From Trichinella spiralis (lineage: Eukaryota): a stretch of 64,000 nt of DNA. Where the stretch lies: positions 1,242,487 through 1,306,486 of the forward strand of contig NW_003526943.1 of the NCBI RefSeq assembly GCF_000181795.1, given 5' to 3'. Made by a program: the position numbers and the translations under genes. The number at the start of each line of letters is the position of its first letter. The first letter of the stretch is position 1. Of this stretch, positions 1 to 14,905 are shown piece after piece. The notes below the pieces were generated by a model. It ran no database searches, was not told where the DNA came from, and saw only the letters and a list, made by a program, of their open reading frames with translations.

Positions 1-3000
1 CATTTGTCAACGACGAGACGAAAAACGACAAACAATGAATTTCTTATTTTCATGAAAATATTGTCCACTTGAGAATTGCACTTTATCAATGATAAGTCGC
101 ATAAAACTGCAATTCAAATTTACAATTTACATGCATACATACGTGTACAACAAAAACAACAAGCGAATTGATTCGTGGTGAAATTAAAGTCGGTTTTTTT
201 GTTTCAAAAGAAAATATTTATTTCAAAAAAATAATAAAATTCTTTGTCTTCTAAAAATAATTTGATTAACAACAATTTTATTGGTGATATTTTGAACAGA
301 CGGTTGTTGAGCAGTGCTTTGATTACCTTGAATTGTCATAATCAAACGATGAAAAATGACGACAATTTACGAGACAGTTGAATTGAAGACGGAAATAAAT
401 TTTCATTTTCCTAAAGACATAAAATTCATGACCAGTTTTCAAAAAACAAAAGAAATGAATGTTGATTTTTGAAAAATTTCACCAGTATAAAAATAATGAA
501 GTGTTCGAATTCATAATAAAAATTATTTCAAAAATTAATAATACATTTCAAATAGGTCAGAGTGAACATCAAAAAACATGCCAAGCGTTCGAATACAGTA
601 ACTTTGAAATGTGGAACAATTCCGATACTGGAGATGTGTAACTAAGATTTCACGTTTACTGTTTTGAAATAAAAAATTACAGTGCACTGTACAATTAACG
701 GTAATAAAGATCAAATAAAAAATTGCTTGAATACATAATGAAATTAATTTTAAAAATATTCATTATCACAAGGATGTTTACAACAACAAAAAGAAGAAGA
801 AGAAGAAGAAAGTTTGCACAATGTGCAACAGAGCTATTGAATAAAATTGCAAATAATTTCATTAAAACTAGATTTTACCGTGCGCACTGAGAGCAAATTT
901 TTCTTATTGTAACGTTGAGACGAGTTTGAAAAAGTGGAAAAGCTTTATTCCCACGTTATAGAATTCGTTGTTGAAGAATAATTTGTTAATTTGTCGAAAA
1001 AGAAAAATATAATATATTGTTTTAAATGTAAATTATTCAGTATTAAATTTTATGATGTTTTCAAAAATAAATTATTTTTAACATTTCATTTCGTTCAATT
1101 TGAGGTGAAATCCAAGAAAAATGATGACGTCGAGTGTGAGAGAATAGAAGCTGAAATTGAATAAAAACGTCAAGAAGCATCGCAGAGGTCAATTGGAGTA
1201 GAAGAAGAAGAAAAAAAGGCAAAATTTCCACATCAGTTTCATCTTTTGAAAAAGTGATCAAATGATAAATGCGTGATTTAATTTCGGCCGGAAAAATGCA
1301 ATAAAGCCAGAGCAGCAGCAGCAGAAAAACAAGGAAAAATGTAAAAAAATGGGAAAATGGAAAATTCAATTATCTAATTCATCCGCCGGGACCGTTTGGG
1401 GCCAGCGTGAACCGTCTCCTCAAATCAAACCACCGATTCCTAATAGCAAATTGATTACTGAAAATGACCTGTCAATTTCTAGCACAATTCTAAAGCTGCA
1501 TTTGATTGAATAAACTTTTTGCTAATTTCATTTTCAATATTTGTTAACATGTTAGAAAAAAAAACTTTTTTTAAAATTGAAAAAAAACAACAAGAAATAA
1601 TGATATGAAAAAAAATACATAAATATAAATATCATACTTTTGACAAGTTGCATATAATGAATGATAATATGAATAATAATAAGGTACGTTCCTTGAAAAC
1701 TATGAGTAATGTAGTGCTGTTTCGTTATTTTTTTACGGTATAATTTTCAACGGTTTTAATATCAATGAAGAATAGACAATGCTGTTGTTTGTTGTTGATC
1801 TAATTATATAATGCGATCACCGTTTGGTACCATTTTCATTGGAGCATCTTTAACCAACTTGGAAGAAAACTAGTATCTGCATCTGATAGCATACGTAACT
1901 TCAACGTGTCAACTGAGACACAGATTTTACCGTAAGATAATGCTTCAGTGACACTTTCCTGTAAAACTCTTTCTTTAACACAAGTGCAAACATTGCTCTC
2001 TCTCTCTTTATCACACACACACACACAATAAATTTATTCAAAATTATAAAAGCATTTCTTTTTTAAATAAACAAGAATCGCTCAAATATTTTTACAATTT
2101 AATTGTATATAACAAAAATCTGTTCATTCAAAGCATTCTATAATATACGTTCTTGAAACAGTAATTTATACAAAAAAAAATATATATATAGTTTAGCGTA
2201 AAAATTAAAAAATAGAAAACCAAACTTCTATCATACTTTGCATGGAAATAATAATTTTCAACAAAAAATAAATAAATAAACCGTTTCAGATAAATAATAA
2301 AATGGGTTTTAAATGAGAATTTGAACTGAACTGACGACAGGAAATAATAAAACTTCTGTTTCTAGTCTACATCTGACAGCTGCAATCTTGGCCGTCAGTT
2401 TTTCGCTTAGGAACGTTGATTTTTGCAGTCGATAATTTTAACGTCGATTCCACTTGAGCTTTGACGCTTTAAGAACCTTGGAATTTAGCCGCTTGTTGTT
2501 CTCCAAAAGCCTGCAAAAGCAGCTCAATCTCAAAAACTATTTTCACAATGATCATTGAAAAAAAAAACAAAAAAATTAAATTCAAAAAAAAGGAAAAAAA
2601 ACATTTCAAATGTCGCTAATGGCAGACCGAAGGGCATTTATCAAAAAAGCAACAATCACACAAGTAATCAATAAATTAATTTCATTTTTTAAGAATTAAT
2701 GGAAACTATTCTTTGTAATGAGTAAATGTCCACATTCATTTTCAAAAAAAACAAAAAATCGTTCAATTTTTATGCATTTTTAAAAATTACGTTACATGTT
2801 CAAAATAGACAAATGCTTCTTTTATTAAATTTCTTTTCATATTTTACTTCATAAAATAATAATAATAATAAGGCAGATAAAGCAGAGAATTCAAGAATTT
2901 ACCTTTAAAAAAAGAGAAAAAACTTAGCACTTTAAACTCGCATTCTCATATTGCTTGATTGTTTTAATTTGAAAATTTCGTCGAGCATTTCTTGTTCACG

Positions 3001-5237
3001 TTTGTGTTCTTTGCATCAAACATTTGCGAAACTTTCCAAACAGATATCCTCTTAAATGTTGTCTATTTTTCTCTGGAATTGCAGATTGAGCATAGAACCT
3101 GCAAATCATTATTGAAATTTTATTCAATTTAAATTTGAATTTAATGCTTTAAAATTCAATTGTTTTCTTTTTTTTAATTTTAGGTTTTTCTTATGAAATG
3201 AAATATTTTCAACAAGCAACACAGTCATATTGAATGACCGACCATCTGTTGTGCTGGTCAGCTTTTCTCTATTGATAAGATACGAATTATCAGTGGCATC
3301 AGTTTAGCTGAAATTAAGCTTTTCCTAGCTTCGCTTTAAATATATAAATATATATATATTTCTTTTTTTCAGTCTCCACTATGCTGCTAATCTAGCAAAG
3401 GAAATGACGTCATAATAACGCACTATCGTTCGTGATTACACGCGCCTCAGATGCAGCTGTTCTTTTTTTGCCAAAATGGAATTTCACCATGATGTTGAAA
3501 ATAATTTATTTCATTTTCTTTTTTCAATTCAAAATATTAACAACAAGAAAACAAGTTCATTTTTTCTACAAAATGTGAAACAGAAGCCAACGAAACTGAT
3601 GGAAAATCTACTGTACAATTTTTCGGCCTATTCTGATGGAAAATTATCCTATTATACAGTATTTTTATACTTTTGAAAGTGAAATAAAATTTAAAAAGTA
3701 ACTCTAATGAATATTTTTTAAAAAGCTATTTCAGAAAACAGTTTTCATCATTTGATAAAATTATTTTTTCTTAATATTAATTTCACATTTCACATCGTAA
3801 GAAGTACTTTCTTTTTCTGCTTTACTGAAATTATGGAAGTACTGTAATTTTCTAGTTGAATATTGTACATGCTCAACCAATAACATTGTTAATTTTCCTT
3901 GCACATCAAAAAATTACTATATATGTATACTGTAATTTATTTTTTAATATCATTTTTTCTATTATTGACTGTCGAATAAACCAGCCACTATAATGTAAAA
4001 AAATTGCAAATATTAGTAGGTGTTTTATTTTAAACCAAAGCTGAATATTTAAACTGTTTGAATAATTGAACGTTTATTTTTAAAAATTTTCTCAGGGAAA
4101 ATGCCCCAAAAGATACTGAGCTAGAAAAAACATTTCACTGAACAATTATAGTTAACATAGACGACCGTAATGACGCTGATCAAATCAACTAAAGACTTTA
4201 ATCACGGTGAATTCCATCAGAATTTTCAAATTAAACGTTCCATTTCGAAATTATCCAACTGTTTTTTCTCAAACTGATCGATTTCGTAAAATAATTATCG
4301 TTTTTCAATTTTTCGCATGATGGGAAAGTGTTAATTCACAATAATTCATTTGAATCAAAATTTAACCGCTTTTATCATAATAAAAATAAATACAAACGCA
4401 ATAATTATGAAAAATAAAATAATTTTAAAAAATACATGGACAAAAAAACAATACTAACTAAACTGTGGTACATGAGAAGTAGTACAAAATAATGTTTAGT
4501 AACAGATAAATAATAGATGAATTTCAAATTTTTCAAATTATTTCCATGATATATAGAAAATAGAAATCAGTGTCAAAAATTTCTACATTTTATTGCTGAA
4601 AAATATTATTATGAAAGAGCTAAAAGCCAGTGTTTTACAAAGAAGCAACAAATCTCTCAGAAACAACCTTTAGTACATTTCAGACACCTCTCATAGGAAT
4701 GTATAACAAACTTCCTTTTGTATTTAGTGTAAATGTTTTTCTTCATTTCATTACTGAATTTGATAAAAATTTTTATTTTAATAAAAAGATGATTTAAAAT
4801 AATAATCTACAATAATCAAATAATACAAGCTTCAACAATGGTCTATCGAAGATACCTTTTGAGCATAACACTTCGATAAAAATAAAACGAAAATTGCCGT
4901 AAATTAAATTAAATTAAATTGAACATTCAAAACAGTTATGTAAAATATTATTCTACCAATTTCACATCTTTCTTATTCATTTACATATTTGCAAGAATGT
5001 ATAGCATTTGGCGTTAGTAATATAAAGTGCCTGATAGTAAAACTGAATTCTAGGAAAAAATTACAGTAAGTAAGGGTGAGTTGTATGTTATTGTTGTCGC
5101 TGTGAGTGCGCGTGTGTTGGTTAGTATTATCAGTTCTGTTGATTTTACAAGTTGTAGTTACTTTTTTTTTACATTTTACATTTTACAAGTTATTGTGTAA
5201 TATCACAATTGAGTCATTTCTTTTCCAGTTCAAGGAA

Positions 5238-6480
5238 TGAGAGTTTGTCATGGCAAACTGTATTCTAATCTGGCAGCCACACAAGTAATACGAACCAGTG
5301 AGCATGCAGATGGCCGGGTAAACGGTTCTAACATTCTATCATCATCAGCAGCTTAATGAATTGAGACGGCTGGCTGTACAGGATCCGAGACCAGTAACAG
5401 AGGTTTACGATGAGCTGCCAAGCAATGCCTCCACCATCTTAGATACTCCGCTTGCATTCCAACTTGAGGGCAGGCCCGGAACAATGTACAATAGGCGATC
5501 CCGGAGATACCCCCGACATCCAGCCAGGCGGCAGGATCTGCGGCTCACTGCTGAGCAGACAAGAACAAATTCTGGTGCGCATTTTAAATGTATCATTTGC
5601 TGACCAGTGATATATTCATTTTTTTAATCGAGGCTGATGTGAGGCTGCTGGTTCAGAGTAACTGCTGGTACGGGGATGGGACCTTTAAGATTGTCCCATC
5701 CTAGTACCAGCAGATGTTTACCCTTCATGTGTTGATGAGGGATAAACTGTTAACCGTCGTATATTATTTGACTGCTAGGAAAGATTTGCTCACGTATAGC
5801 TAACTATTGATGTTTTATTATTATGTGAAGAAAGAGGCTTGCAACTTGATTCCACGACGTTTCTTTGCGATTTCGAAACAGCCTTGATCCCAGCTATTCA
5901 AGGCAACTTTCCCAACACCCAGATGCAAGGTTGCTTCTTCCACTTTTGCCAAGCTGTGCTTAGGCATATCAAGCAACTTTATATAAAAAATGATTACATG
6001 AATAATCAGGAAGGAAGCAGAAAGTGAAAATGCTGATGGCATTAGCATTTTTGCCGATGAACCTTGTACCCCGGGTTTCGAAATCTTAGATGTTGGGATA
6101 TTGGGTCAAATGGAAGCCTTCTTCCAGTACTTCCAGCGGGAGTGGCTTCTAGATGCTAAAATTCCGCTTTGTAATGTCTATGGTGTGGCTGTGCCGACCA
6201 TCAACCATCTGGAAGGTTGGCACAGTGGCATGAACAAAAGAGCACGTAAGAACCACCTGGGATTCTGTCAGTTTCTACAACTGATCATTGATGAACAGGG
6301 TAAAACTGAGACGGTGGTGCGGCAAATGGATGATGGCTATACGTGGGGAAGGGGCTCCGTTAGACGTAGCGCAGCTTATGGAGTCCGGCAGCGCCGGGTA
6401 GCAGCGCCTATGCGTAGATTACCTCATAATGAAATCAGTATAGAACATTTTTTAAATGTCATTTTTATCATATTCCTGCA
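5238..6480 (+). pseudogene. Degenerate Mutator/MULE DDE transposase
   Basis: Fragments in several frames carry MULE motifs: WYGDGTFKIVPS*YQQMFTLH (first D, in-frame stop near 5702), CDFETALIPAIQGNFPNTQMQGCFFHFCQAV (second D plus CxxH) and TINHLEGWH (E). Frameshifts are present and GC is clearly higher than the flanks. Element ends are not defined. Confidence 0.85.
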
Positions 6481-7638
6481 CCTGTACGATTATAAAACCT
6501 CTGCACTATTCATTATTGTTGTATACATTTATTCATTATTACTGCATAGCATATCTTTGCCCGTTGTATATACTGTAAGGTAGTTCAGTATTGTTTGTTG
6601 TTGATTATTATTGGTTGTTGTTGATTGGTGGTTGCTGTAGTAATGTGGAGCTGTATACTACATATTTGCCTAATTCGGAAGCGCTTGTAGCGAAAAGCAG
6701 AAATGTTTCTATGCACAGCAGTCTGCTGATTAGCGCAGTCATGAAGAAATAAAATTCCAGAAGCAAGTTATTATTTGAACAATGATGTGTAAAACTGTGA
6801 AGTAGCATTATTTTCAAACAGCAATAGGACTTATGTATTGCCATATTCCTGTAAAGTGATACATTTTTTTTAATTTTGTGCTTGAAAATAATACACAGAT
6901 AGTTTTGAGCAAATGTAGAGAAAGTTAAACAACTGTCATGAGTAAGCATATTTACATTAGAATAATTATAAATCCTTTAACGCAATAAAAGTTAGCTAAC
7001 ATTATTCAACATTATATATATATAATAACTTTGTTTTAAAAAATGGAGAATGTGATTATTTGTGCCCATATAAGGTAATTCAATGGTGATGCATCCCATA
7101 TTTGGGGAAACTTTGATGAAAATGATCATCTAGTCAATGATCAGAGCTGATTAAGCTAATCAAAAGCCATAAGTTATTCGACCAATTAGTGGTAAAAACT
7201 GGGTAACTAATAAAATAGCAAGACTCATTAGCCAATTACTGATCAATCGCCGTACAGCCTATCAACGACTAGCCAATTGCCAAAAGGGAGCGGAGTTGGG
7301 GGAATATGGTACCGGACAAAACCAGACTAGCACAAATGAGACCACCCCAATTAAAATTTTGAATTATATTAATAAATGCTTGCAAATTTCTTCCCTTTTA
7401 GCAGCTTGAAACAACCATAAGAAAATTACAAGTAATAGTTTAAAAATACATGAGAATTATTGTTTCCATGTCTCACTGATGACAAAATACGATGTGTTGA
7501 AATTCAAATTATACCAAGAGCATCATTTTAATAATAAAATAATATAATCGAGTATTACAGAGGAACCTTCACCGAAAAAAAGATATTAAAAGTTATTTTA
7601 AATACTGCAAGAAAGGGTTGTGAAACGGTTGAAAGAAT

Positions 7639-10600
7639 TTAATCTTCATCTGAAAAAGTCATCATCACATGGGAAGATTTTTCAACGCTGGAAATCGGTA
7701 AATCATCGTCGTCGTCTGAAATTGCAAGCACTTTCCTCAGCTCAATGGAAAGTTTCAGTTCTGAGTCAGAATGTTCAGCTTGTGTTGATGTGGCAGCTTG
7801 TTCACACTTAGCAGTAGACATCTCATCTTCAGAATCTTCAGAACTTTCAATAAATGCCGAACGTTTGAACTTCAAAGCAGCAGAATTATTAGATACAACT
7901 TTAGTAGTATCGCTTTGCCGGTTGATATCCATTTCTTCAGTTTCCTGTTCAAAATCCAAAATGTCTTCCATACCACTCCCTTTCGGACGTTTTGAAATTG
8001 GAGATTTCATATGATCTGATGTTGCAATGCTATAAATTTTCCAACTTGAATATAATTTCATAATTTACTGCTACAATTATCACTGCTTATCATTATATCT
8101 ACTTACTCAAATGCATCGTCTGCACTAAAAACTGAATTCCGCTGTCGTTTCGCTGCGTACAGTTTTCTCAACTTTTCAAAATTTTTCTTGTTAGAAATCA
8201 GTTCATGGCGTGAGATATTTTTATTTTCAGATTCCGGCTGACATTTACTATCTGTCGAGTAACTAAAAATAAATACCTAAATTGAAGGACAATAATAATA
8301 CACACGAGCAAATGATATGAACCTATCAATCTGTATGTCCATTCTTTCGGAATTGTTCAATTGTTCAGCAATGAGTTTCAATCTATCTATGCTGGCTGAA
8401 GATGGAATACACCAATATCGTTGATTTGTCATTTTGGGCGACAGAAAGCCCAATTTAATCAAAGTTTTTGAAAATTCGAGTTCCTGAATAATTCTGTAAT
8501 GTTCTTCACATTCAGGAATCAGAGGAATAAAATCCTCTTTCAGTTGATTGTTGATTGCCTCAAGAATGCATTCACGAACCCAGTGAACGACTGTATTTGA
8601 AACTAAACAAGAAAATATAAGATTTTATAAATAACAACTGCCGACATGTTCATACGGTCTTGTTCAATGCATTTAATAGCACCAGCCAGTGTGGGCGATA
8701 GTACATTAAAATCTTGAAAGGTCTTAGCAGAATTCGATACCTCTTCATTTGAACTTTCTTCATCAGAAAAAACATGCTGTTCCAAATCTGAATAAAAATT
8801 TAATATCTTTAATTTAATCAGTTAAATATTACTTGGCAGAAGTCTCATATTACTTTCATCTGATTCTGATTCTGAACGATCCAACATTTCATTCATTTTC
8901 CTTTTGTGTCTTCTTAGTACTTCAAGACCTAATTCATTCAATTTCTTGGACACGGCACGTTTCGAATGAGCACCAGATAAATTCTGACATATCATATTGA
9001 TCACATCTGAAATTCTCATAATGTGCATATAAATAGTTGGAAGATATAATTTCAAAATTTTCATTTAGAAACAATTGTACGCCTCAAAAAAGTACCTTTT
9101 GAATTTTTGAAATTTTCATACAACGATTTCAATTCTTCCTCCTCCTCAACGGACCAAGCCCACTTTGTAGAAGATTTTGATGACCTATAGCAAAGAAAAG
9201 AAAAAAGCTCTTATTATTCGCTTTATTCTTAAACAAAATGTCATGCAAAATCATTTTTCATTACTTTTTCTTGAGTAGATAATTTTCAAAAGGCAAATTC
9301 AATCCTCTCAACGCGCGTACAATTGTCCTTCGACTAGCTGTATTATCCAAATTTTCCATAATATAATCGGCCACATCTGTAGTATTTTTTTCAGGTTCTT
9401 CCAAAAATTTTTGGAACAAATTTTCAATTTTGCTTTCCAAAATTGCACTTGCGATCACTTTCGACGAAGCCCCTTTTCTAAGAGAAAAAATCCAGCATTG
9501 GAAACGTACAATTGAAACAGAAATTCAAGTTAAAGTAAAAAAAAGGTGAACAAACTTGTCATAACTGCCGTAGCCGTATGAGATTTCGTAACTTTCTTTA
9601 AAATGCTTCCAAAATAAAATTTCCACGTAAATATTCGGATTGTCTTTAGCATCTTCGAAAAAGTGTTTCAACAAGCGCTTGCCAAAAGCTGTCAATTCCT
9701 GAAAAAGCATCGCTGCTTAAATGAAATTGTCAAACGTTAATTTCAAACAAAATCGAAATACGCGATATCGTTCAACATTGATGTTCGCTTTGTTAAGCTC
9801 GTCCACTTGTTGGAAAATACGAAAAAGACTTGCTTGATAAAGCAGTGGGGGGACGTTCAAATCAAATGCAACACGACTGAGCATGCTCACTATACAACTG
9901 TTCACATTGTTGGAATTTTTTCTGAAATCTTTCAAAAGCCACACATACCAACGCAAATAGATCGGATTTGCCAATCTGAAATTTATGTATAATTTTTAAA
10001 ATATAAATAATAAATGCGAAACAAATTTTAAAGCAAAAAGCAAAAACCTTTGGATGAAATCGGTAATTTGAAAATGCACTTCGCGAATAACTTCAGTTAT
10101 TCCATTCTCTTCATCTTCGTCATTTTCACACAATTCTTCATCTTCCATACAATCCGCATCATTATCTTCTAGACCAAAAACTGCGACATCATTCTCGCTA
10201 TCTTCTGGATTTATTTGAAATAAAATATGATTATCAGAAAAAATTTTTCATTCACCTCAAAAACAATATTCTCTTGAAATATATCTTTCCAAATACAGCA
10301 AAACTAAGTAGCATATTTTTGTAAATATTATGCAATTTATATATCACAAAGCCTACTTTTATATATGAGTGTCTAATATTCTTTTTTTATGAAATTATTA
10401 AACAAAATGTAAGTGATTAATGTTTATTCAAAATTTTACAATTTATACCCAATTCAGCAGAATACAAGGCTGATTTCAACACTTCAATCTCCGTTTCAGC
10501 TGTGCCAAATTCTTGCTCTGTAGGCCAAAGTTCTCTATACATATAATAAAAATCAAATTCTCAACATTTATCGTAAATATTCTTCAAACATTTTTATTCT

Positions 10601-10923
10601 GAAATTTTCATTTTAAAAAATCCACTCTAAAAAACGCAAATAAAAATGTTTACGACTTAACAAACCTATGTTGCTCATTTTTATAAATTACACATCAGTA
10701 ATTCGAAAATGTATAATATAATAAATAAGAATAAATAATTTTTGCAACACTTGCAACATACTAATATTACCGTGAAGCACGTAAAAGTGCTAAGGCTTCT
10801 GCAATATGTTCTGCCAACAATGCTTTCTGAATTCTTTGTTTAGCCGTTGTTCTGAAAAAAACACATTTATTTTGCACTTGCCATAAGAGTCACAGTTTTT
10901 TAAAATTATTATTGAAATGAATT

Positions 10924-10990
<67 letters not shown>

Positions 10991-13618
10991 TAAATGAATG
11001 TTTTTAAAAATTTGAACTCACTGCCGTTCAATTTCTGATAGATCTGTAGTTGCATCAAATGGAACTACATCAGCAGGTAAATTGCTGTTAAGTATTAAAA
11101 TTTGGTCCAATTCTAAACTTAATCTTGACCATAGTTCAGCTTTTTTGGCATCTTGATCAGCTTCATTATTTTCATTTTCACTATGATTTTCTTTATCATC
11201 AGAATCACTGCGATTTTTCTTCTTTTTCTTTATTCTTTTCAATTTACGTTGAACTACCAAGCTACCGCCATGAAGACTGCAATAAAATTCTAACATTTTC
11301 AAATGAAAATGCAATGCTTCGAACAAATCTCTCAAATATTCCCTGTAATTCAAAACACAAGTTGTACAAAAAATAATCCATTTTTTAAATAATTTTTTTT
11401 CACTTACTTAGACAAACAAGTTGGATTGTACAATTTCAGTAAATTGATGAACACTTCTCTGTACTCGACAACACGAAACAGACATCCTGAAGTGTGAAAG
11501 TAAAAAGTATAATATCTAATCAACATGAGCGGATAAAGTATCAGATGACAATTACTTTGAATATCACTAGCAACAACCGCAGCTTCGTCCCCAACTTTCT
11601 GTGACATCAACCACAGCACTGACAACAGTTCAGCGTACGTTTTCAAAGCATGATGAGCTCTAAGGAAGAAGCAAAAATTGTATGGAAAAAAGAATTGAAA
11701 ATCATTAATCACCTTCGACCATATAAACGTGCATTTGGTTTATCGACTTTCATTTTTTCGATATTGGACAAAATTCGCTCTTGGACAAAGTGGAACAAAT
11801 TGATGGAAATAACTCGCCAAGCACTTCCAAGATTTTGATAAAAATAACGATAAAAATGCAAAAAAAATCTCAGAGCCCAAAAATAACACTGTTCCATTTT
11901 CAACCCGCTTTCTCCTTCTGCCCGATGCAGAAACTGGTAAACATTATTCATCACAGGCACAAAGGCTTTTTTTATAAAACGCAAACAAAATCTTTTCAAG
12001 AAGATCCTCACAGTAGGGGAAGAGCGTTTAACAGGTTCCAGTGTCGTTTCAATAGGAGCTCTATTTTTTGCTACTGCTTTGCGTTTCTTTTTACTGTCAT
12101 GTGATAGAGAACTTTCAGAAGTGACCGGCTTGTTCACGACAATATCATTCAAGCCACCGATGGCTTTCACTCCAGCTACTGTGTAAGAACCGCAAAAATT
12201 TGATGGCCTTAAATTCGTTATTTTCCTCATTTCAATGAAAAATAAGATATAAAAAATATAAAACGAGTTGATTAATAATTTGAACAATTCATTTTAAAAA
12301 CCAAAATTGCTACAAAAATACCTTTCAGAGTATCCATGTAGTTTATACTGCGAATTTTGTAATTTTGCTTTCAAGCGCTCTTCTTCATCCTGCTGCAGTG
12401 AATTACTATCAGGAACTGCCTTCACGACATCTTCAACTTTCTATAAATATAAATAATGAATTCAAAAAATAAATTAAAAATTCAGTAAAGACAAATAAAA
12501 TGTGGTAAAGACAAACTGAAAATACTTTCATCGTTATGATCTTCTCTCAAAATACTGTAGCTAACTTTACCTAATTATCATTAGACGTTCACCATATCAT
12601 TTGAATAAAATTCCCTTTTTCTTAGTTAGGAAAAACTTAATCAATAAAAAATATATTAAAATAAAAATAAAGTCACAAAATTACATTATTAAAATTAAAA
12701 AATATAATATAACCTGATATTTTAACATTGCAACAGCTATTTCGAGTATAGTAGCATGAAATTCACGATTTGCATGAGAAGTAGACATATCTAACAATAT
12801 ATCTCCGAATCCACTACTTTCGATTGCTCTAAAGTTTTAAAATATGTATAATAATACATTTTGAATATGTATAATAATACATATGTTAATAATACTTGAT
12901 AATGCGGTCGTGACAAGTAGACGAATATGAACAGATGGTATCCACAGTTGCCAAAGGCACAGACAAAACTTGCTTTGTTAAAACTAAAATTCGTTGGATA
13001 ATCATAGTTTCACCTTCTCCTCGGTCTTGCCATTTCTAGAACAAAGAGTAATACAGCAACAACAAAAATTGAACACTTTAACCACATGTATGATCACTTT
13101 TTCAATTAAAGACTTCATTTTTGAAACTAAAACTTTAAAGAAACGTTCGTCAGTAAATGCGTGTTGAGAAATCTGCAAATGTTTGACCATCAGCTGCTTT
13201 GCTTGATTCACAAAGATATCTGCATTGTCGTTGAAAAAAAATAAATCTGCTGACTGAGTCAAATTTACAAGCAATCTAAATATTAATTAATTAAAAGTAA
13301 ACACATGAAAAAACATGCTCAAAATACTTCAGAGTTTCATCAAATAAAGCAGCATCATCAGAGTATAAAATAATTAAGGGTACAAGATCATTTTCGACGA
13401 TGTTCGAGGAACCAATAAACTTTCTAGCCGTACATTCAGAATCGTCATGACGTAAAAAGTGACTTAAATCTTTCAAAGTTTCTAAAAATGAAATGTTCAG
13501 AGCGTTTATTATTCAAAAATAAATTACCAAGACAGTCTGGTTCTTTAAGATATAATTCGGCATCTTTAAATCCAATAGAAGTAACAGCTACCTGAAGATC
13601 TGTACTAACTTTATCCAT
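7639..13618 (-). CDS. tim-1: Timeless/Timeout (TIM-1) homolog, multi-exon
   Basis: ATG at 13618 (MDKVSTDLQVAVTSIG...YLKEPDCL). Exons include LKDLSHFLRHDDSEC, NDLVPLI, LLVNLTQSA, RPSNFCGSY, CYFWALRFF, YLRDLFEALH, VVPFDAT, YVWLLKDF...MLSRVAFDL...LYQASLFRIF, YVEILFWK and LGFLSP...QRYWCIP. It has an acidic C-terminus ending at stop 7639. Confidence 0.9.
10926..10987. repeat. (TA)n microsatellite, ~31 units, in a Timeless intron
   Basis: Uninterrupted TA run read directly. Confidence 0.95.
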
Positions 13619-14392
13619 TTTTTCTATACCATAAATTCCAAATTCATTTACTGCGCTGCACTTTAATGAGTACAATAATCAGATTTTCAGGGACTTCATT
13701 CCTTACAGTGTGATGGAGAAAAAATATTGCAAAAAATGCACTATTTTATTTCAGAAAATTCATAATTTAAGCGCAGTTAAATGTGCAGTTTAAAGCAGTT
13801 TAAAAATAAATTTATATTACAGCATCGTGGACGATCTTCCATTTTTTAAAATACTCAAAAAATACATTCTTCATATTATTTCAGTAATTAAGTAATAAAA
13901 TTAAAATTTTATTTAATTTCAGTGACTCTACAGTATTAATTATGACAAAATACACAGTTCAACCAAAGTCATAGATCTTCATAGATCTGAACTTTAGAAG
14001 TTAAATTTAAAAAATATTTGAATTAAAATTAACTCAAAATTGAATTTAAAAATTAAATTGTGGTTCATTTATGAAATATATTTTTTTGTATTGTATTTTT
14101 AAAAATACCGTTTGAAGCAGTTTCATCAAAATTATTTTTGTCTTTTTGAAAGGAAGAAAAAATTTTAATAATAAAATTTACTTTCATTTAATTTTAATCC
14201 ATTAAAAAAATTTTTTATTTATTCTAATTTATATATATTATTTTTATATCGACAATTAAAAATATCAAATTATTTGAACTTTTATATCCAAATTATACTG
14301 TAAGATTTTATGCTGTCAAAAGCTGTTTTTATCCAAGCTGTAAAGTACTGTAAGCGTTATATTGCATTCTGATTTAAGTTCCTTAAAGAAAA

Positions 14393-14905
14393 ATGGCAGG
14401 AATCCTTTTTGACGATGTTTTTGTTATAAAAGATATCGATCCTGAAGGAAAAAAGTTTGATTCTGTTTCAAGATTGTTTTGTGAAAGTGAAGCGTACAAA
14501 ATGGATCTCATATTGGACATACATTCACATTTGTATCCAGTTGAACTGGGTGACAAATTTCGCCTAGTGTTGACTTCTACGCTGCGGGATGACGGTGGCT
14601 ATGGTACTACAGAAGAGGAAGAATATGATGTTCACTTTAAGTAATTTTCATTATAATTTTGCAGTCACTATTTTTAAAATGTTTTCTATAGGTCTTCCCG
14701 ACTAGACAGCTTCGACTATGTTATGCATGGAAAAATTTATCGCATAGATGATGCTGGAGGAAGTGGAGGAATTGATAGCGCTCATGTAGCAACATATGCT
14801 TCTTTTGGCGGCTTGCTTATGCGTTTAGAGGGCGATGTAAAAAATATGATAAGCTTTGATACATATATGAATATATATTTATTGCTGAAAAGAGTTGGAT
14901 TTTAG
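14393..14905 (+). CDS. rpb-8: RNA polymerases I/II/III shared subunit RPABC3 (RPB8); 2 exons, 14393-14640 and 14692-14905
   Basis: [43 protein letters not shown]...[12 protein letters not shown]...[13 protein letters not shown]; a GT-AG intron joins the two frames. Confidence 0.96.

Noticed and set aside
5074..7348. Full-length MULE with paired TIRs and a 9-bp TSD
   Set aside because: The ends share only a few bases and no target-site duplication is visible, so only the transposase relic is called.
12841..12895. 19-bp direct repeat (AATATGTATAATAATACAT x2) as a CRISPR-like or regulatory array
   Set aside because: A simple slippage duplication inside a Timeless intron, with two copies only and a eukaryotic context.
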